Source of the DNA: Terriglobia bacterium
GTDB lineage: Bacteria > Acidobacteriota > Terriglobia > Acidiferrales > UBA7541
Direction: 5' to 3'
NCBI GenBank assembly: GCA_963695545.1
Contig: OY968796.1
Location: forward strand, 3,456,001 to 3,520,000
DNA: 64,000 nucleotides
Part shown: positions 20,114 to 30,068 of the stretch, in pieces
How the letters are laid out: every line of letters begins with the position of its first letter
Numbering within the stretch: the stretch's first letter is position 1
The notes under the pieces: generated by a model
What the model was told of the DNA's origin: nothing
Databases searched by the model: none
What the model saw: the letters and a program-made list of their open reading frames with translations, nothing else
Position numbers and translations under genes: made by a program

Positions 20114-20893
20114 ATGGGGCAAGAGGAGACTCGCGGCGGCTTCGTCCGAGGCCGGGGAGGGCTGACGCAAGTGTCGTTCGTCGACCTGATCGTGCGCCCG
20201 CACGTTCCGTCCCCGATTCTCGCTTCCATTCAAATCGGCGCGCCGAAAAGCTATGGCTCCGACGACGCCGCAGACCCGCACGACAAATCGTGGACGACCG
20301 GCTTCTACAAGTCGCCGATCGAGGGGCCCGCGTTCGTCGGCCCGACGAATCTCGCCGGCGACGCCCAAGCCGATCTCAAGCACCACGGCGGCATCGATAA
20401 AGCAGTCTTGGCCTACAGCGCCGATCATTATCCCCAATGGCGCGAAGACCTCCAGATGCCCGACGTGCCGCACGGCGCTTTCGGCGAAAATCTCACCGTC
20501 GCCGGCCTCACCGAAGAATCCGTTTGCATCGGCGATATTTTCCGCATCGACTCGGTGGTCTTCGAGGTCAGCCAGCCGCGTCAACCATGCTGGAAACTCG
20601 CCCGCCGCTGGCGCATGCACGAACTCGTCGCAATCGTCGTGCGCACCGGCCGCACCGGCTGGTATCTTCGCGTCCTTGAGCAAGGCTGGATCGCAGCCGG
20701 AATCCCCGTCGAACTACTCGAGCGCCCCAATCCCGCGTGGCCCATCGCTCGCGCCAACGAAATCATGCACCATTGCCAGATGGACCTATCGCTAACGCTC
20801 GACCTCGCCGACGTCCCGCGCCTGGCCGCCTCCTGGGTCGACGAATTGCGCGAACGCGCCGATCGCCTCCGATCCCTCAGCCCCGTGCGCTAG
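20114..20893 (+). CDS. MOSC domain protein (YiiM-like)
   Basis: LAGDAQADLKHHGGIDKAV, GAFGENLT, SQPRQPCWKL, TGRTGWYLRVL. Start may be further downstream. Confidence 0.9.
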   Translation: MGQEETRGGFVRGRGGLTQVSFVDLIVRPHVPSPILASIQIGAPKSYGSDDAADPHDKSWTTGFYKSPIEGPAFVGPTNLAGDAQADLKHHGGIDKAVLAYSADHYPQWREDLQMPDVPHGAFGENLTVAGLTEESVCIGDIFRIDSVVFEVSQPRQPCWKLARRWRMHELVAIVVRTGRTGWYLRVLEQGWIAAGIPVELLERPNPAWPIARANEIMHHCQMDLSLTLDLADVPRLAASWVDELRERADRLRSLSPVR

Positions 20894-20980
20894 CCGCGCC
20901 TGGTTTTCGTCTCGCAGATTCGCGATTTCACAAATCATTGCGGTGCGCTCTAGCGGACGGCGAACGATTTCATTCCAGTC

Positions 20981-21010
20981 GAACCTGGACCCACGTCCAG
21001 GTTCTTCTTT
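20981..21010 (+). terminator. Probable intrinsic terminator after the MOSC gene
   Basis: Perfect 10-bp stem GAACCTGGAC-ccac-GTCCAGGTTC followed by TTCTTT. Confidence 0.6.
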
Positions 21011-21086
21011 AGTCGCAGCGATCCTGCGCGGCGCCCGACGGCCGTTTCACGTCTGTTAAGCTAACTCGAAGATCAACACGCCAGTA

Positions 21087-23546
21087 TTGTTCGGAGGTAT
21101 CGTGACTCGGCCGCTCATCTGCCTGTCTGTCTTCACTCTCGTCATCTCGGCGGCGTTCTCCAGACCCGCCTCTGAAACCTCGGCAAAGCCTCTCGGCGCC
21201 TCCGAACTGCTCGCCCTCGTGGCCGGAGGCACGCAGACGGAAAATGTGGTGCACGAAATCTCGGCCGACGGACTGGCGTTCCGCCCCGACGATTTCTACG
21301 GATCATTACTGAAGAAAGCCGGAGCGACAGATCAAGTGCTGGCCGCTCTTGATGCCGCGAGGATTGTGGGTGATCGATCGCCCGAAGCTGACTCAGGCAA
21401 GGATTTGCTCCAGCACCTTGCCAATGCCGCCGCCCTCATGAACGATAGGCACTATCCAGAGGCCGCCGCCGAGCTCACATCTGCTCTCTCTCTCGATGTG
21501 CCATGCACCGAGTGTGGCTTTGTCATGGGCCAAGTGCTCCGCCTGCAGGAAAAATGGACGGAAGCCGCGGCCGTCTACCAGGAAGTCTTGGTGCAGGATC
21601 CCGATTTTCCCGATGTGCATACTCGCCTGGCCTACGTCCTCAACCGGTCGGGCGATTTTGAAGGCGCGCTCCGTGAAGCGAAAGCGGCGCTGGCCGTGAA
21701 TCCCGACGACGCCGAAGCTCACCGGACTGCGGGAGGAGAGTACGTGAACATGCAGCAGTATGACGCTGCCGAACCGGAACTTCGAGAGGCGCTGCGTCTT
21801 AAACCCGACTACGGGGCGGCGCGCCGTGATCTGGGCGCTCTATACGCTAATCAGGGAAACCACGATGATGCGATTCCGGAATTCAAAAAGGCGATTGTTC
21901 TAAACCCGAACGATATCGACGCCCATAACTACCTCGGGAGCGCCTATCAAGATAAAGGTGATTTCGCTTCCGCGATTCGGGAGTTCCGCGAGGCCAAGCG
22001 CATCGATCCCACTCAACCCGACGCGCGACAGAATCTTGCCTCAGCGCTCATAAAGAACGCTCAATATGGCGAAGCCATAACGGAGTTTCGAGAGCTTGAA
22101 TCGATGTTCCCCGATTCGGCGATCTGCCACGCATGCCTGGGCAACGCCCTCCTAATGACTTGGGACCTTCCAGGCGCCGAAGCAGAACTTGAGATAGCCA
22201 TCAAGCTGGACCCTGCCGAGCCCTTCCCCCACATAAGTCTGGGTGCCGTCCGCGAAACCCAGAAGAACTACGATGCCGCGTTAAAAGAATACCGCGAAGC
22301 TCTCAGCTTAGACGACACGAGCATGGACGCCTATCGCGGCACAGGCCGCGTCTTGATTGCCCAAAAGAATTTCGCCGATGCCGTCGAGGTATTGAAACAA
22401 GCCGAAAGCCTTAATCCAGGTGACGCGTCCATCCACGATCTTCTCGGACAAGCTCTTTTGGGCACAGGGGACTTCAGCTCCGCCATCGATGAGTTCCGTC
22501 AATGTTTGGCACTGAAGGCCAACCAGTCTCTCGTCATGCTGGAATTGGCGGAAGCGCTTGAGAAAAAGGGCGAGTGGCCCGACGCGCTCGTCGAATATCA
22601 CCGAGCAGCGGCCGCCTACGCGAGCCAGGATCCGCGCACAACTATGATTCGTCCGGACGACCCGAATCCCGTGATTGAATCCAAAGCCGCCCAGGCCCGC
22701 TTCGATGCGTACATCGCCGCTCTCAAGGCCGCCGGAAAATCCGACGAGGCCGCCAGCTTGCAAGCGCGTCTTCAGAGTGTCCAGGCTCCACTAGACCCAT
22801 CTGAGGAGTTGGACGAGGCGCTGCAGGCAGGCGTAACGGCGGCCAGGGCGCGGAACTTTCCTGACGCTACACAGGATTTCGCCCGTGCCGTGGCGATCGC
22901 CGATCAGCTTCATCCGCACGACCAGCGGCTCATCACCGCCCTCAATTACCTCGCGAACATGGAGTCCGCACAAGACTACGCCGGTTCGCAGGCCCTTCTC
23001 GAACGCGAACTCCAAGTCTCCGAGGAGATCTACGGAGCGCAATCGCTCAAGACGGCCGCACCGCTTGAGGCCCTCGCAATGAACGCTATGTTTCACAACG
23101 ACAAAGCCGTCGCCGAGAAATTTTATACCAACGCCGTGGAGGTCAACGAAAGGGCCTTCGGTGCGAACGGCGAACCCGTCGCAGACGCCCTTGTGTACAG
23201 GAGCCGAATTTACTTTCCGCAGCAGCTCGACAAGGCCGAAACCGATCTATTGCGTGCGCTCAACATCGAGCAATCGCTTTACGCCGCGGACGACATGCAC
23301 CTCGCCACCGTGCTCGGTTCCTTGGCCGATCTTTACGATCTATGGGGCAAGCCGGATAAGTCCGAGGCCGCCGATCACCAACTGATTGCAATTCTCGAAA
23401 AGCAATTCGGCCCCGCGGACCCGATTCTCGCCCGCCCGCTCGCTAGCGAAGCAAAAGCTCTTCGCAGCCTCGGCCGCACCGACGAAGCCGCCGCCATCGA
23501 ACAGCGTCTCAACGCGATCGAGCAGTCCACCGCCAAAACAAATTAG
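21087..23546 (+). CDS. Exported tetratricopeptide-repeat protein
   Basis: Signal-peptide-like N-terminus; many 34-aa TPR units (e.g. AHNYLGSAYQDKGDFASAIREFREAKRIDP); longer C-terminal repeats. Confidence 0.88.
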   Translation: MFGGIVTRPLICLSVFTLVISAAFSRPASETSAKPLGASELLALVAGGTQTENVVHEISADGLAFRPDDFYGSLLKKAGATDQVLAALDAARIVGDRSPEADSGKDLLQHLANAAALMNDRHYPEAAAELTSALSLDVPCTECGFVMGQVLRLQEKWTEAAAVYQEVLVQDPDFPDVHTRLAYVLNRSGDFEGALREAKAALAVNPDDAEAHRTAGGEYVNMQQYDAAEPELREALRLKPDYGAARRDLGALYANQGNHDDAIPEFKKAIVLNPNDIDAHNYLGSAYQDKGDFASAIREFREAKRIDPTQPDARQNLASALIKNAQYGEAITEFRELESMFPDSAICHACLGNALLMTWDLPGAEAELEIAIKLDPAEPFPHISLGAVRETQKNYDAALKEYREALSLDDTSMDAYRGTGRVLIAQKNFADAVEVLKQAESLNPGDASIHDLLGQALLGTGDFSSAIDEFRQCLALKANQSLVMLELAEALEKKGEWPDALVEYHRAAAAYASQDPRTTMIRPDDPNPVIESKAAQARFDAYIAALKAAGKSDEAASLQARLQSVQAPLDPSEELDEALQAGVTAARARNFPDATQDFARAVAIADQLHPHDQRLITALNYLANMESAQDYAGSQALLERELQVSEEIYGAQSLKTAAPLEALAMNAMFHNDKAVAEKFYTNAVEVNERAFGANGEPVADALVYRSRIYFPQQLDKAETDLLRALNIEQSLYAADDMHLATVLGSLADLYDLWGKPDKSEAADHQLIAILEKQFGPADPILARPLASEAKALRSLGRTDEAAAIEQRLNAIEQSTAKTN

Positions 23547-23677
23547 AACCCACCCCACAATCTTACATTTGCCGATTCTTATTTTGCGGATTTCTGCAGC
23601 GGCGGAGCTTTCTCTGGAAACGTCCCGCATCAATTTATGACCTGCCACTACACTTTCGCTCGGCTCTGGCACCCGCA

Positions 23678-24406
23678 CTACCGCAATCGAATCTTATCCC
23701 ACCGACTGATCTCGATCTGCCCCGCTCTCCGCAGCAAATCCCGCACGGCCTTCGGATCGCGAATCGCGAGCAACGTCATCGGCTGCGGGAGCGTGATCAT
23801 TAAATTCCCACGCCCAAACATCCTTAGCAGAATCGGCGTGGTAATCGTCGGGCTTTCTCCCATGCGAATCAATTCATAGGTCTGCGTGGTCTGCGAGAAC
23901 CGACCCTGCGTCACTTCCAGGCGCTGACTGCTCACGCGGTAAGAAATCGATCTCAATTCCCAAAATCGCCAGCCAATATTCAGCAACGCAATTCCCGCGA
24001 GAATCGCGCTGTACTCGAGCTCCCACCCCGCAATCACCGTCGTGAGATACAAGCTCACGCCGATCGCGATCGCCCATCCCAAAATCAATCTCGCCAGCAG
24101 AACCAACACCGGCGCCGGCCGGTCCTCCCACACCAATTGCTCGTTGTCCGAATGCAGCAGCGCCGGCGCCACCGGCGCAAATGCGCCGCGCTCGCCCGGC
24201 TGCATTTGCCCGTCGAATGTGCTGCTCACCGCGGGCATCGCGCGCGGATCCCTGTGCGCCATCTGCGTCCCGCCCGCCGGAGTCACATAAGCGCCCTGCG
24301 TCGGAGTCACCACGATCTCGCTTCCCTGCGCCTGCCGCAGCCCGCACTTCGGGCAAAACACATCTGACGCTGATATTTCCGCCCCACACCGCGCGCATCT
24401 CCCCAT
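23678..24406 (-). CDS. Zinc-ribbon + membrane + bacterial PH-domain-like protein
   Basis: CARCG...FCPKCG zinc ribbon, two TM segments, SYRVSSQRLEVTQG PH-like segment. Confidence 0.7.
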   Translation of the reverse strand: MGRCARCGAEISASDVFCPKCGLRQAQGSEIVVTPTQGAYVTPAGGTQMAHRDPRAMPAVSSTFDGQMQPGERGAFAPVAPALLHSDNEQLVWEDRPAPVLVLLARLILGWAIAIGVSLYLTTVIAGWELEYSAILAGIALLNIGWRFWELRSISYRVSSQRLEVTQGRFSQTTQTYELIRMGESPTITTPILLRMFGRGNLMITLPQPMTLLAIRDPKAVRDLLRRAGQIEISRWDKIRLR

Positions 24407-24517
24407 GGCCCGCATCCCCCCAGCGCCCAAGAATCGGGAAAGTATACACCGCTCACGCGGACGAACGAATGCGCCGAGGCGACGCGATGGATAGCGCGCG
24501 TCCTCCGCGCGAAGGGT

Positions 24518-25054
24518 TTAAGTGTTGGGTTTGTCGTTCTCGAAGTGTGAAGAGTTCGGATCGGCCGCCCCATAATCTTTCAGCGGCAGTGCACTCCGCC
24601 CTCGCAGAAATCCCGGGAGACCAAAACGCCGCTTGGTCTTAAGCTCTGGCCCTGTCGACACGAGCGCGTCCTGCTCCTTCGCTCGCGCCGCGTCGGATTG
24701 CGTCTCCTCATACGGCCGGTCGGTGATTCTCAGCTTCGGACGCAAGAAGCCCATTTTCTCGAGCAAAATTCTAACGCCCGCCAGAATGCCCAGCACGATT
24801 GCGATGTTGTCGTCTAATCTGCGGAGCAGCGGATTGTGTAATCGAGTCTCGGCCGCGAACCAACCCAGCGCCGCGATCCCGATCCACAGCACCATGTGTA
24901 CCTGCCGCCGCTCGAGCAGCGGTTTAACCCATTCGAGCTTGTTATGGCAATTCGCGCATTTCAGCACGCGCCCCCGCACCCGGTTCTCTCGGTAATCGGG
25001 ATCCGACACTTCGTGCCCGCATACCGGACACGCCGCCTTAGCGCCCTTGGCCAT
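24518..25054 (-). CDS. Hypothetical membrane protein with N-terminal CxxC..CxxC
   Basis: CPVCG...CANCH followed by two hydrophobic segments. Confidence 0.6.
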   Translation of the reverse strand: MAKGAKAACPVCGHEVSDPDYRENRVRGRVLKCANCHNKLEWVKPLLERRQVHMVLWIGIAALGWFAAETRLHNPLLRRLDDNIAIVLGILAGVRILLEKMGFLRPKLRITDRPYEETQSDAARAKEQDALVSTGPELKTKRRFGLPGFLRGRSALPLKDYGAADPNSSHFENDKPNT

Positions 25055-25291
25055 TTGCGCGTAGACTCTCCCACCCTCAGTGTGTTGTCAATCTTGCGCC
25101 TCAACAAAAGTTCGCCGGCGGCTCTTGGCAATGCCGCAAATGGATATCACCACCGCCGTGCGCGGCAGCCCCGTTATTTCAGTTTGAATATTCGGTGATA
25201 TGGTGAAGCGACTTCGAGCGACGCGTTCAATAGGCGAGACGGAGACCCGCGACGATATTTTTGCATATCGCCACGACTTACTCGGTCCCGA

Positions 25292-25948
25292 TCAATGGGG
25301 AATCGGTCGCGCGATGTGCTTGCGTCGCGCCGCCAACGCAACCAGACTCATCAGTCCAATTCCGAGCAGCAGCGGCATGGACGGTTCCCCAGTGGTGGCT
25401 GGGGCCGACCACGATCCCAAAGTCGCGTAGCCGCTCGCCGTGTAACTCTCATTCAATCCGTAATTCGTGATGCCTTGTTCAACGTCGCTAATTTCCGCAT
25501 AGTTCTGCGAAAAATCTTCCTGCCCCGTTGCCGTTGAAAAAGACGCGAAGTCTTCGTAAAACTGGCCGGTTTCGCCCAGCGGAGTGATCAGGCCAACGAT
25601 TGAATAGGCTTCAATATCTCCGGAGCTGTTCGTCGTAATATCAAAATCGTAAGACGTCTCATTGCCCGGCAAAATGATGTCGTTAGCGGAACCGTCGGTG
25701 AACGAAAACGAAGAAATATCCGCCGTTATGTCGTCGCCCGTTTGGCTTTCGAGTTGCGCCACGGTCAATGTCGTATCAAACGTAATCGAGAGCGCGTAGG
25801 GCCCGCCACTACAGTAGGTCCCGCCGCAAGTGTTGTAGTCTTGGCCCGTATATGTGTACGTTGTATCCGCCCGCAGCGAACCCGGCAGCATCACGCACAG
25901 CAAACCGAGCAAGCCGACCGAGAAGATTAACTTCGCTCTCAATTTCAT
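25292..25948 (-). CDS. PEP-CTERM-like sorting-domain surface protein
   Basis: Signal peptide MKLRAKLIF...LRA; Thr/Ser/Asp-rich body; C-terminal TGEPSMPLLLGIGLMSLVALAARRK. Confidence 0.75.
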   Translation of the reverse strand: MKLRAKLIFSVGLLGLLCVMLPGSLRADTTYTYTGQDYNTCGGTYCSGGPYALSITFDTTLTVAQLESQTGDDITADISSFSFTDGSANDIILPGNETSYDFDITTNSSGDIEAYSIVGLITPLGETGQFYEDFASFSTATGQEDFSQNYAEISDVEQGITNYGLNESYTASGYATLGSWSAPATTGEPSMPLLLGIGLMSLVALAARRKHIARPIPH

Positions 25949-26208
25949 CAGAATCACACTTTCAGCTACCAGCTTACCCGCAAAGCCTTCGATCCCCAAC
26001 GCCAACGATTTGCCTTGGCCGAGGCTCGGCGCTACATCACACCTCAGTCCCCAGTCGCACGATTGTCGCCAATGTCGGGATATTGGAAACACGGTACTTA
26101 TCGCCGGGCGGAAATCCGCGCACCGCAAATAATTGCATATTCTAGGCGCCCTGCCGCCCAGATTGCGCATCCTCGCATCACTTCCGATCCCGCCCGCCCT
26201 GGCTCCAT

Positions 26209-26712
26209 CTATTTCCCGACGTCCTTCTCCAATTTCTTCACCAAGCGCTCTCCCGCGCTGTTCGCTCCGGTCAATACGCCGCCCCACGCGTGACTATCGC
26301 TCCAAAGCACTTCGTTCCCTTTCGGCTCGATCGCCGTCAGATACGCGTCGCGTGAGGAAGCCGATTTCTTGTGATCCGTAGCCGGCTCCGCCTCGACAGT
26401 CCCGTTCGCGTCAATCACGCCGATCTTCCCGTCAGGCAAGAGCGCGCTCCCCGCGTGGTACGGATCGATCGAGAGCAATATGATTAAGTCCGCCTGATTC
26501 TGCTCCGGCACAATTTGAAATCGTCCCCACTTCTTTAGTTCATCCAGAGTCGCCGCACCCACCGCGGCGTCGCCGGATTGATCGTCGAAGTAAACCGTTT
26601 TCGCCGCCAAAATCTTCGCCGTTTTATCCTGCTGGTCCTGCCCCCGGAGTGGAATCGAAACCATCAAGATGGTCAGAACGAGAGGAGTAACCAGGTAACC
26701 GGCCTTCCGCAT
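26209..26712 (-). CDS. Hypothetical exported protein
   Basis: Signal peptide followed by a compact domain (AAKTVYF...KWGRFQIV...ADLII). Confidence 0.7.
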   Translation of the reverse strand: MRKAGYLVTPLVLTILMVSIPLRGQDQQDKTAKILAAKTVYFDDQSGDAAVGAATLDELKKWGRFQIVPEQNQADLIILLSIDPYHAGSALLPDGKIGVIDANGTVEAEPATDHKKSASSRDAYLTAIEPKGNEVLWSDSHAWGGVLTGANSAGERLVKKLEKDVGK

Positions 26713-26812
26713 ACATTCATCTCCCGAGAAGGCGCTGCCGAGAGCCTACACCCAGTTTTCGCGAATCTTCAACGACCGTCGAAAGATCCGATAGCGAGAC
26801 ATCCGCGTCGGA

Positions 26813-27520
26813 TCATTTCCCCGGATCGGCGTCCGCCGGCGGAGTCGCCGCCAGCGCCTTGTCATTCAGCACCTGAGCCACAGCATCCGCCGCGGCCACG
26901 TCGTTCCGGCTGTGATCCGTCACGTCGTCATAGCGCAGTTGCGTCGGCCCGGGATCTAGTTCCGCGTTGTACTCGTCCGTGATCTCCGTGCCAGTCTGTT
27001 GCAGAAATTTGCTCGACTCCGCATTCAAATCCGCGCCGCTCACCAGATATTTTTTTCCGATGTACGTCGCCGCGATTCGCTCCGCAATCTTGTCGGCCGT
27101 CTGATAATAATATTCCGAAATCTGCCGATGCCCTTCTTCATGCTCGATCACATGCTGGCTCGCGTCGGCCGGCGCCCAGATCGTGATGTTCAGTTGCAGA
27201 GTCACTTCCACCTGCGTGATGGTCACCAGCGCGTGCGTCGCATCGGTCTGCAGTGGCTCCCCCTTCACACTCACGTTGGAAATGAAATCGGAATCGCAGA
27301 CCGCCTCTTCCCCCGGCACCATCGGCGGCATTTCCGCCGGCGGATTCGCCGGATCGAACGTCCGGCTCGCGAAATTCTCGGGTTCCTTGTCGACCGTCAC
27401 TCCGGCTCCGGCATCCGCGCCGTCTTGTTGCGTCGGCGCCATGTGCCGCAGCGCCAGCCAGCCGATGGCCAGCAGCCCCAGCAACACGCAAAGCAGCACA
27501 ATGGTCCGGCGAAATGGCAC
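26813..27520 (-). CDS. Membrane-anchored hypothetical protein with HExxH motif (putative Zn metalloprotease, DUF922-like)
   Basis: N-terminal TM segment; VIEHEEGHRQI. Confidence 0.6.
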   Translation of the reverse strand: MPFRRTIVLLCVLLGLLAIGWLALRHMAPTQQDGADAGAGVTVDKEPENFASRTFDPANPPAEMPPMVPGEEAVCDSDFISNVSVKGEPLQTDATHALVTITQVEVTLQLNITIWAPADASQHVIEHEEGHRQISEYYYQTADKIAERIAATYIGKKYLVSGADLNAESSKFLQQTGTEITDEYNAELDPGPTQLRYDDVTDHSRNDVAAADAVAQVLNDKALAATPPADADPGK

Positions 27521-27782
27521 TCCAGCCTCCGCCGATCATTCTCCGAGCAACTCCGCTCCGCAGCCACGAGTTTGTCGGCGCACATGACGCGATAGGCACT
27601 CTCATCGATCCGCGGCGCCAACTCGCGATGCACTGCCATCGAGACACACACCCGCGTCGCGTGACCGGCGTCGCCGGTCATCTTCAGAAACTCCGTCGGC
27701 TCGCTCTCGAGCGCTCCAGCCGTCAGGGTGATTTAATCGGAAAATAAATTAGGGCCGGAAGTTTCCGAACCACTTTCTCGTT

Positions 27783-28193
27783 CTACGCGTCCTCCGCGGC
27801 CAGCTCATCCAGCACGCTCGAAGCCGCGTCCAGGTTATCCACGCCAAACACCACCAGTCCGCGCGTCGAGCCCGGCTCAATTCCGCAATACGTATGGTCG
27901 ATGTTGATCTGCTTTTCGCCCAACCGCGCCGCCGCGCGGCCCAACTGCCCCGGGCGATTCGCCAGCCTGCCCACAGCCGCGTCCGTCACCTCGAAGATCA
28001 TGTACAGGCCGCCCAGCACCGTCCTCGCGGTGGCCGTGTCATCCGCGATGAATCTCGCCAGGCTTTCGCCTTCCTCAACATACGATTGAAAGGCCAGTAT
28101 ATTCACCCCGCTCTGCGCCAGCGCGACGAAGCACTTCCCCAGCGCTCCCGGTTTGTCCACGATCGTTACCGTAAATTCCTTCGCCTTGGCCAT
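27783..28193 (-). CDS. Tandem ACT domain protein
   Basis: DKPGALG..GVNILA and NRPGQLG..QINIDH ACT repeats; GAGAGGGG upstream of ATG 28193. Confidence 0.85.
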   Translation of the reverse strand: MAKAKEFTVTIVDKPGALGKCFVALAQSGVNILAFQSYVEEGESLARFIADDTATARTVLGGLYMIFEVTDAAVGRLANRPGQLGRAAARLGEKQINIDHTYCGIEPGSTRGLVVFGVDNLDAASSVLDELAAEDA

Positions 28194-28389
28194 GTGATTT
28201 CGCCCCCTCTCTTTTCCGGACGCCGCAGATTCCACATCGCAATCTAGCTGCGCGCGCTCCTGCTGGCAAATCGGTTGCGCCTCGGCTCGGCAGAAGCGTA
28301 CGATCTTCACGCCGAAAGCCTAAATCGAAAGCGCGGTGTCGGCGGTTCCCTTCCGGCTTCGTCCCGAAATTCCCGGAAAGGAGGTCAGC

Positions 28390-28803
28390 GTGCCAGCCAG
28401 CTATCGCATTGACAAACCGCGCAGAGTGGTCTTGAGCGTCGGCTCCGGCCGCCTGACCGCGTCCGACATCTTGGCTCACCAGCAGAAGCTCGTGCAAGAC
28501 CCCGATTTCGATCCCGCGTTTTCTCAGTTCTGGGATTTCACCACCGTCGTCGAAAACGACATCACCGCGGACGATGTCCGCACCATTGCAGCCATCACCA
28601 TCTTCTCTCCTCTATCCCGCCGCGCTGCCCTCGTCACCTCGGACGAGCAGGCACGCCTTGTGCACATGTTCGGCACGCTTCGAGAAAAAGAAGGCGAGTT
28701 CGGAGTTCGCGTCTTCCGCGACCGCAAGGAAGCCTTGCGCTGGGCCATCCCAGCGGAAGGTGACGTCCCATCGGACACAGACCAACCCGCCAGCGCCCGA
28801 TAA
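28390..28803 (+). CDS. Hypothetical protein (STAS/SpoIIAA-like fold suspected)
   Basis: AGGAGG RBS then GTG 28390; DPDFDP...WDF...RRAALV...VFRDRKEALRW. Confidence 0.65.
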   Translation: MPASYRIDKPRRVVLSVGSGRLTASDILAHQQKLVQDPDFDPAFSQFWDFTTVVENDITADDVRTIAAITIFSPLSRRAALVTSDEQARLVHMFGTLREKEGEFGVRVFRDRKEALRWAIPAEGDVPSDTDQPASAR

Positions 28804-28877
28804 TTCAGACCAGCGGCCGCGTCCCGCGCGACCGGTCTGTACCCCGTTTCCACCTTTACCAGAAGCTAGCTATTAGA

Positions 28878-30068
28878 TTAAATCCGGGCGCGCCGGCGAC
28901 GGCCCGACAGAAACCACGTGTCCGCCAGCAATATCGCCAGCGCGAAGTAAGGCAGGCGCGACATCGCCCACAGTGTGGCCTGCACTCGCGCCCGAAAGCG
29001 GATCACCTGGCGGTTTTGATCTGCGGAAATGATCACCGGCAGGTTCCAATCGAGCCCCTCCAGCCGCGCCAGGAGCCCGCGGTGAACGCAGCCTTCGAGA
29101 TTGTAAATCCCGACCACCGCCGAAAAATGACTAGCGACGATCACGTCGTGCGAGAGCTCCTCCCAGCTCAACGGACCCATGCGCGCGCCCGCTTGGGGCT
29201 CGCCAGCGGTTATGCCGACGACAATGCCCTGCGCGGACGGACCGTACTGCCAAATGAGCGCGGAATCGGCGGCAAGGTTATAGCTCGAATAGAGCATCAG
29301 AACCTCGCGGTCGCCGCGCACATCGACAATGCCGAACAGCCGCTCGAGTAGCGTCGAACGGACTTCGCGCTCATCCGCAATGAAGGGAAACTGATAGGTT
29401 TCAACCTGATAGCCGGAGGCTTCGATTCGGGCGATGAAAGCCGTATATGCGATCCGGGCGCGAGTGACGGTATGGGGATCGACCAGCCGTTTGAGCGCGG
29501 CCCAAACCGCACGGTGAACACTCGTGAACTCCTGAAGATTTGGTTCTATATCGAGACCCACGCCGGACCAGCGCAGTCCCCAATCACCCGTCCACTTCTG
29601 AAATTCAGTGAAACGCTCTCCGGCGTCGGCGGCGTTCGATGCGTTCAGGTAATAGCCCTGCGCTCCAGGCAGCGCGAGCCACGCCGTCACCGGAATGCCG
29701 GCGGCGTTCAGTTGGCGGACGACCTGCGCGCGGCCGGGGCTCAGATCGATCAGCGAAAGGGTGACTCCGGCATTGAGCTGCCGCAGATCGCGAATCGCAT
29801 CCGGATCGGAGAAGAGCGATTGCAGCGCGGGCGTTTCCATTTGGCAGGCAAAATTCAGTTGCGGATGCTCGGCCGGGGCCGTCACGCGGACTTCGCCCGC
29901 GTCCCGATCGAGCCGCCGCGTGGCCAGGATAGCCCTCGCACCAATGACCAGCGCGAGACACAAGCCCAACTCGACCGCGAAAATCAGCAGCCACAGAAAC
30001 GTCCGCAGGAATCGCCGGAACATCCTTTTAATCATCCCATAAGCTGAATGCGGAAAGGGGTTCGTCAC
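28878..30068 (-). CDS. Hypothetical protein with TM anchors at both ends, possible TIM-barrel hydrolase-like domain
   Basis: 396-aa ORF with N- and C-terminal TM segments and a GVGLDIEP motif; GTGA overlap with the upstream gene. Confidence 0.65.
   Translation of the reverse strand: MTNPFPHSAYGMIKRMFRRFLRTFLWLLIFAVELGLCLALVIGARAILATRRLDRDAGEVRVTAPAEHPQLNFACQMETPALQSLFSDPDAIRDLRQLNAGVTLSLIDLSPGRAQVVRQLNAAGIPVTAWLALPGAQGYYLNASNAADAGERFTEFQKWTGDWGLRWSGVGLDIEPNLQEFTSVHRAVWAALKRLVDPHTVTRARIAYTAFIARIEASGYQVETYQFPFIADEREVRSTLLERLFGIVDVRGDREVLMLYSSYNLAADSALIWQYGPSAQGIVVGITAGEPQAGARMGPLSWEELSHDVIVASHFSAVVGIYNLEGCVHRGLLARLEGLDWNLPVIISADQNRQVIRFRARVQATLWAMSRLPYFALAILLADTWFLSGRRRRARI

Noticed and set aside
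25950..26040. GGCAAA and CGCAAAGC fragments resembling a c-di-GMP-I riboswitch upstream of the PEP-CTERM-like gene
   Set aside because: The fragments are on opposite strands and the GAAA-tetraloop stem is missing.
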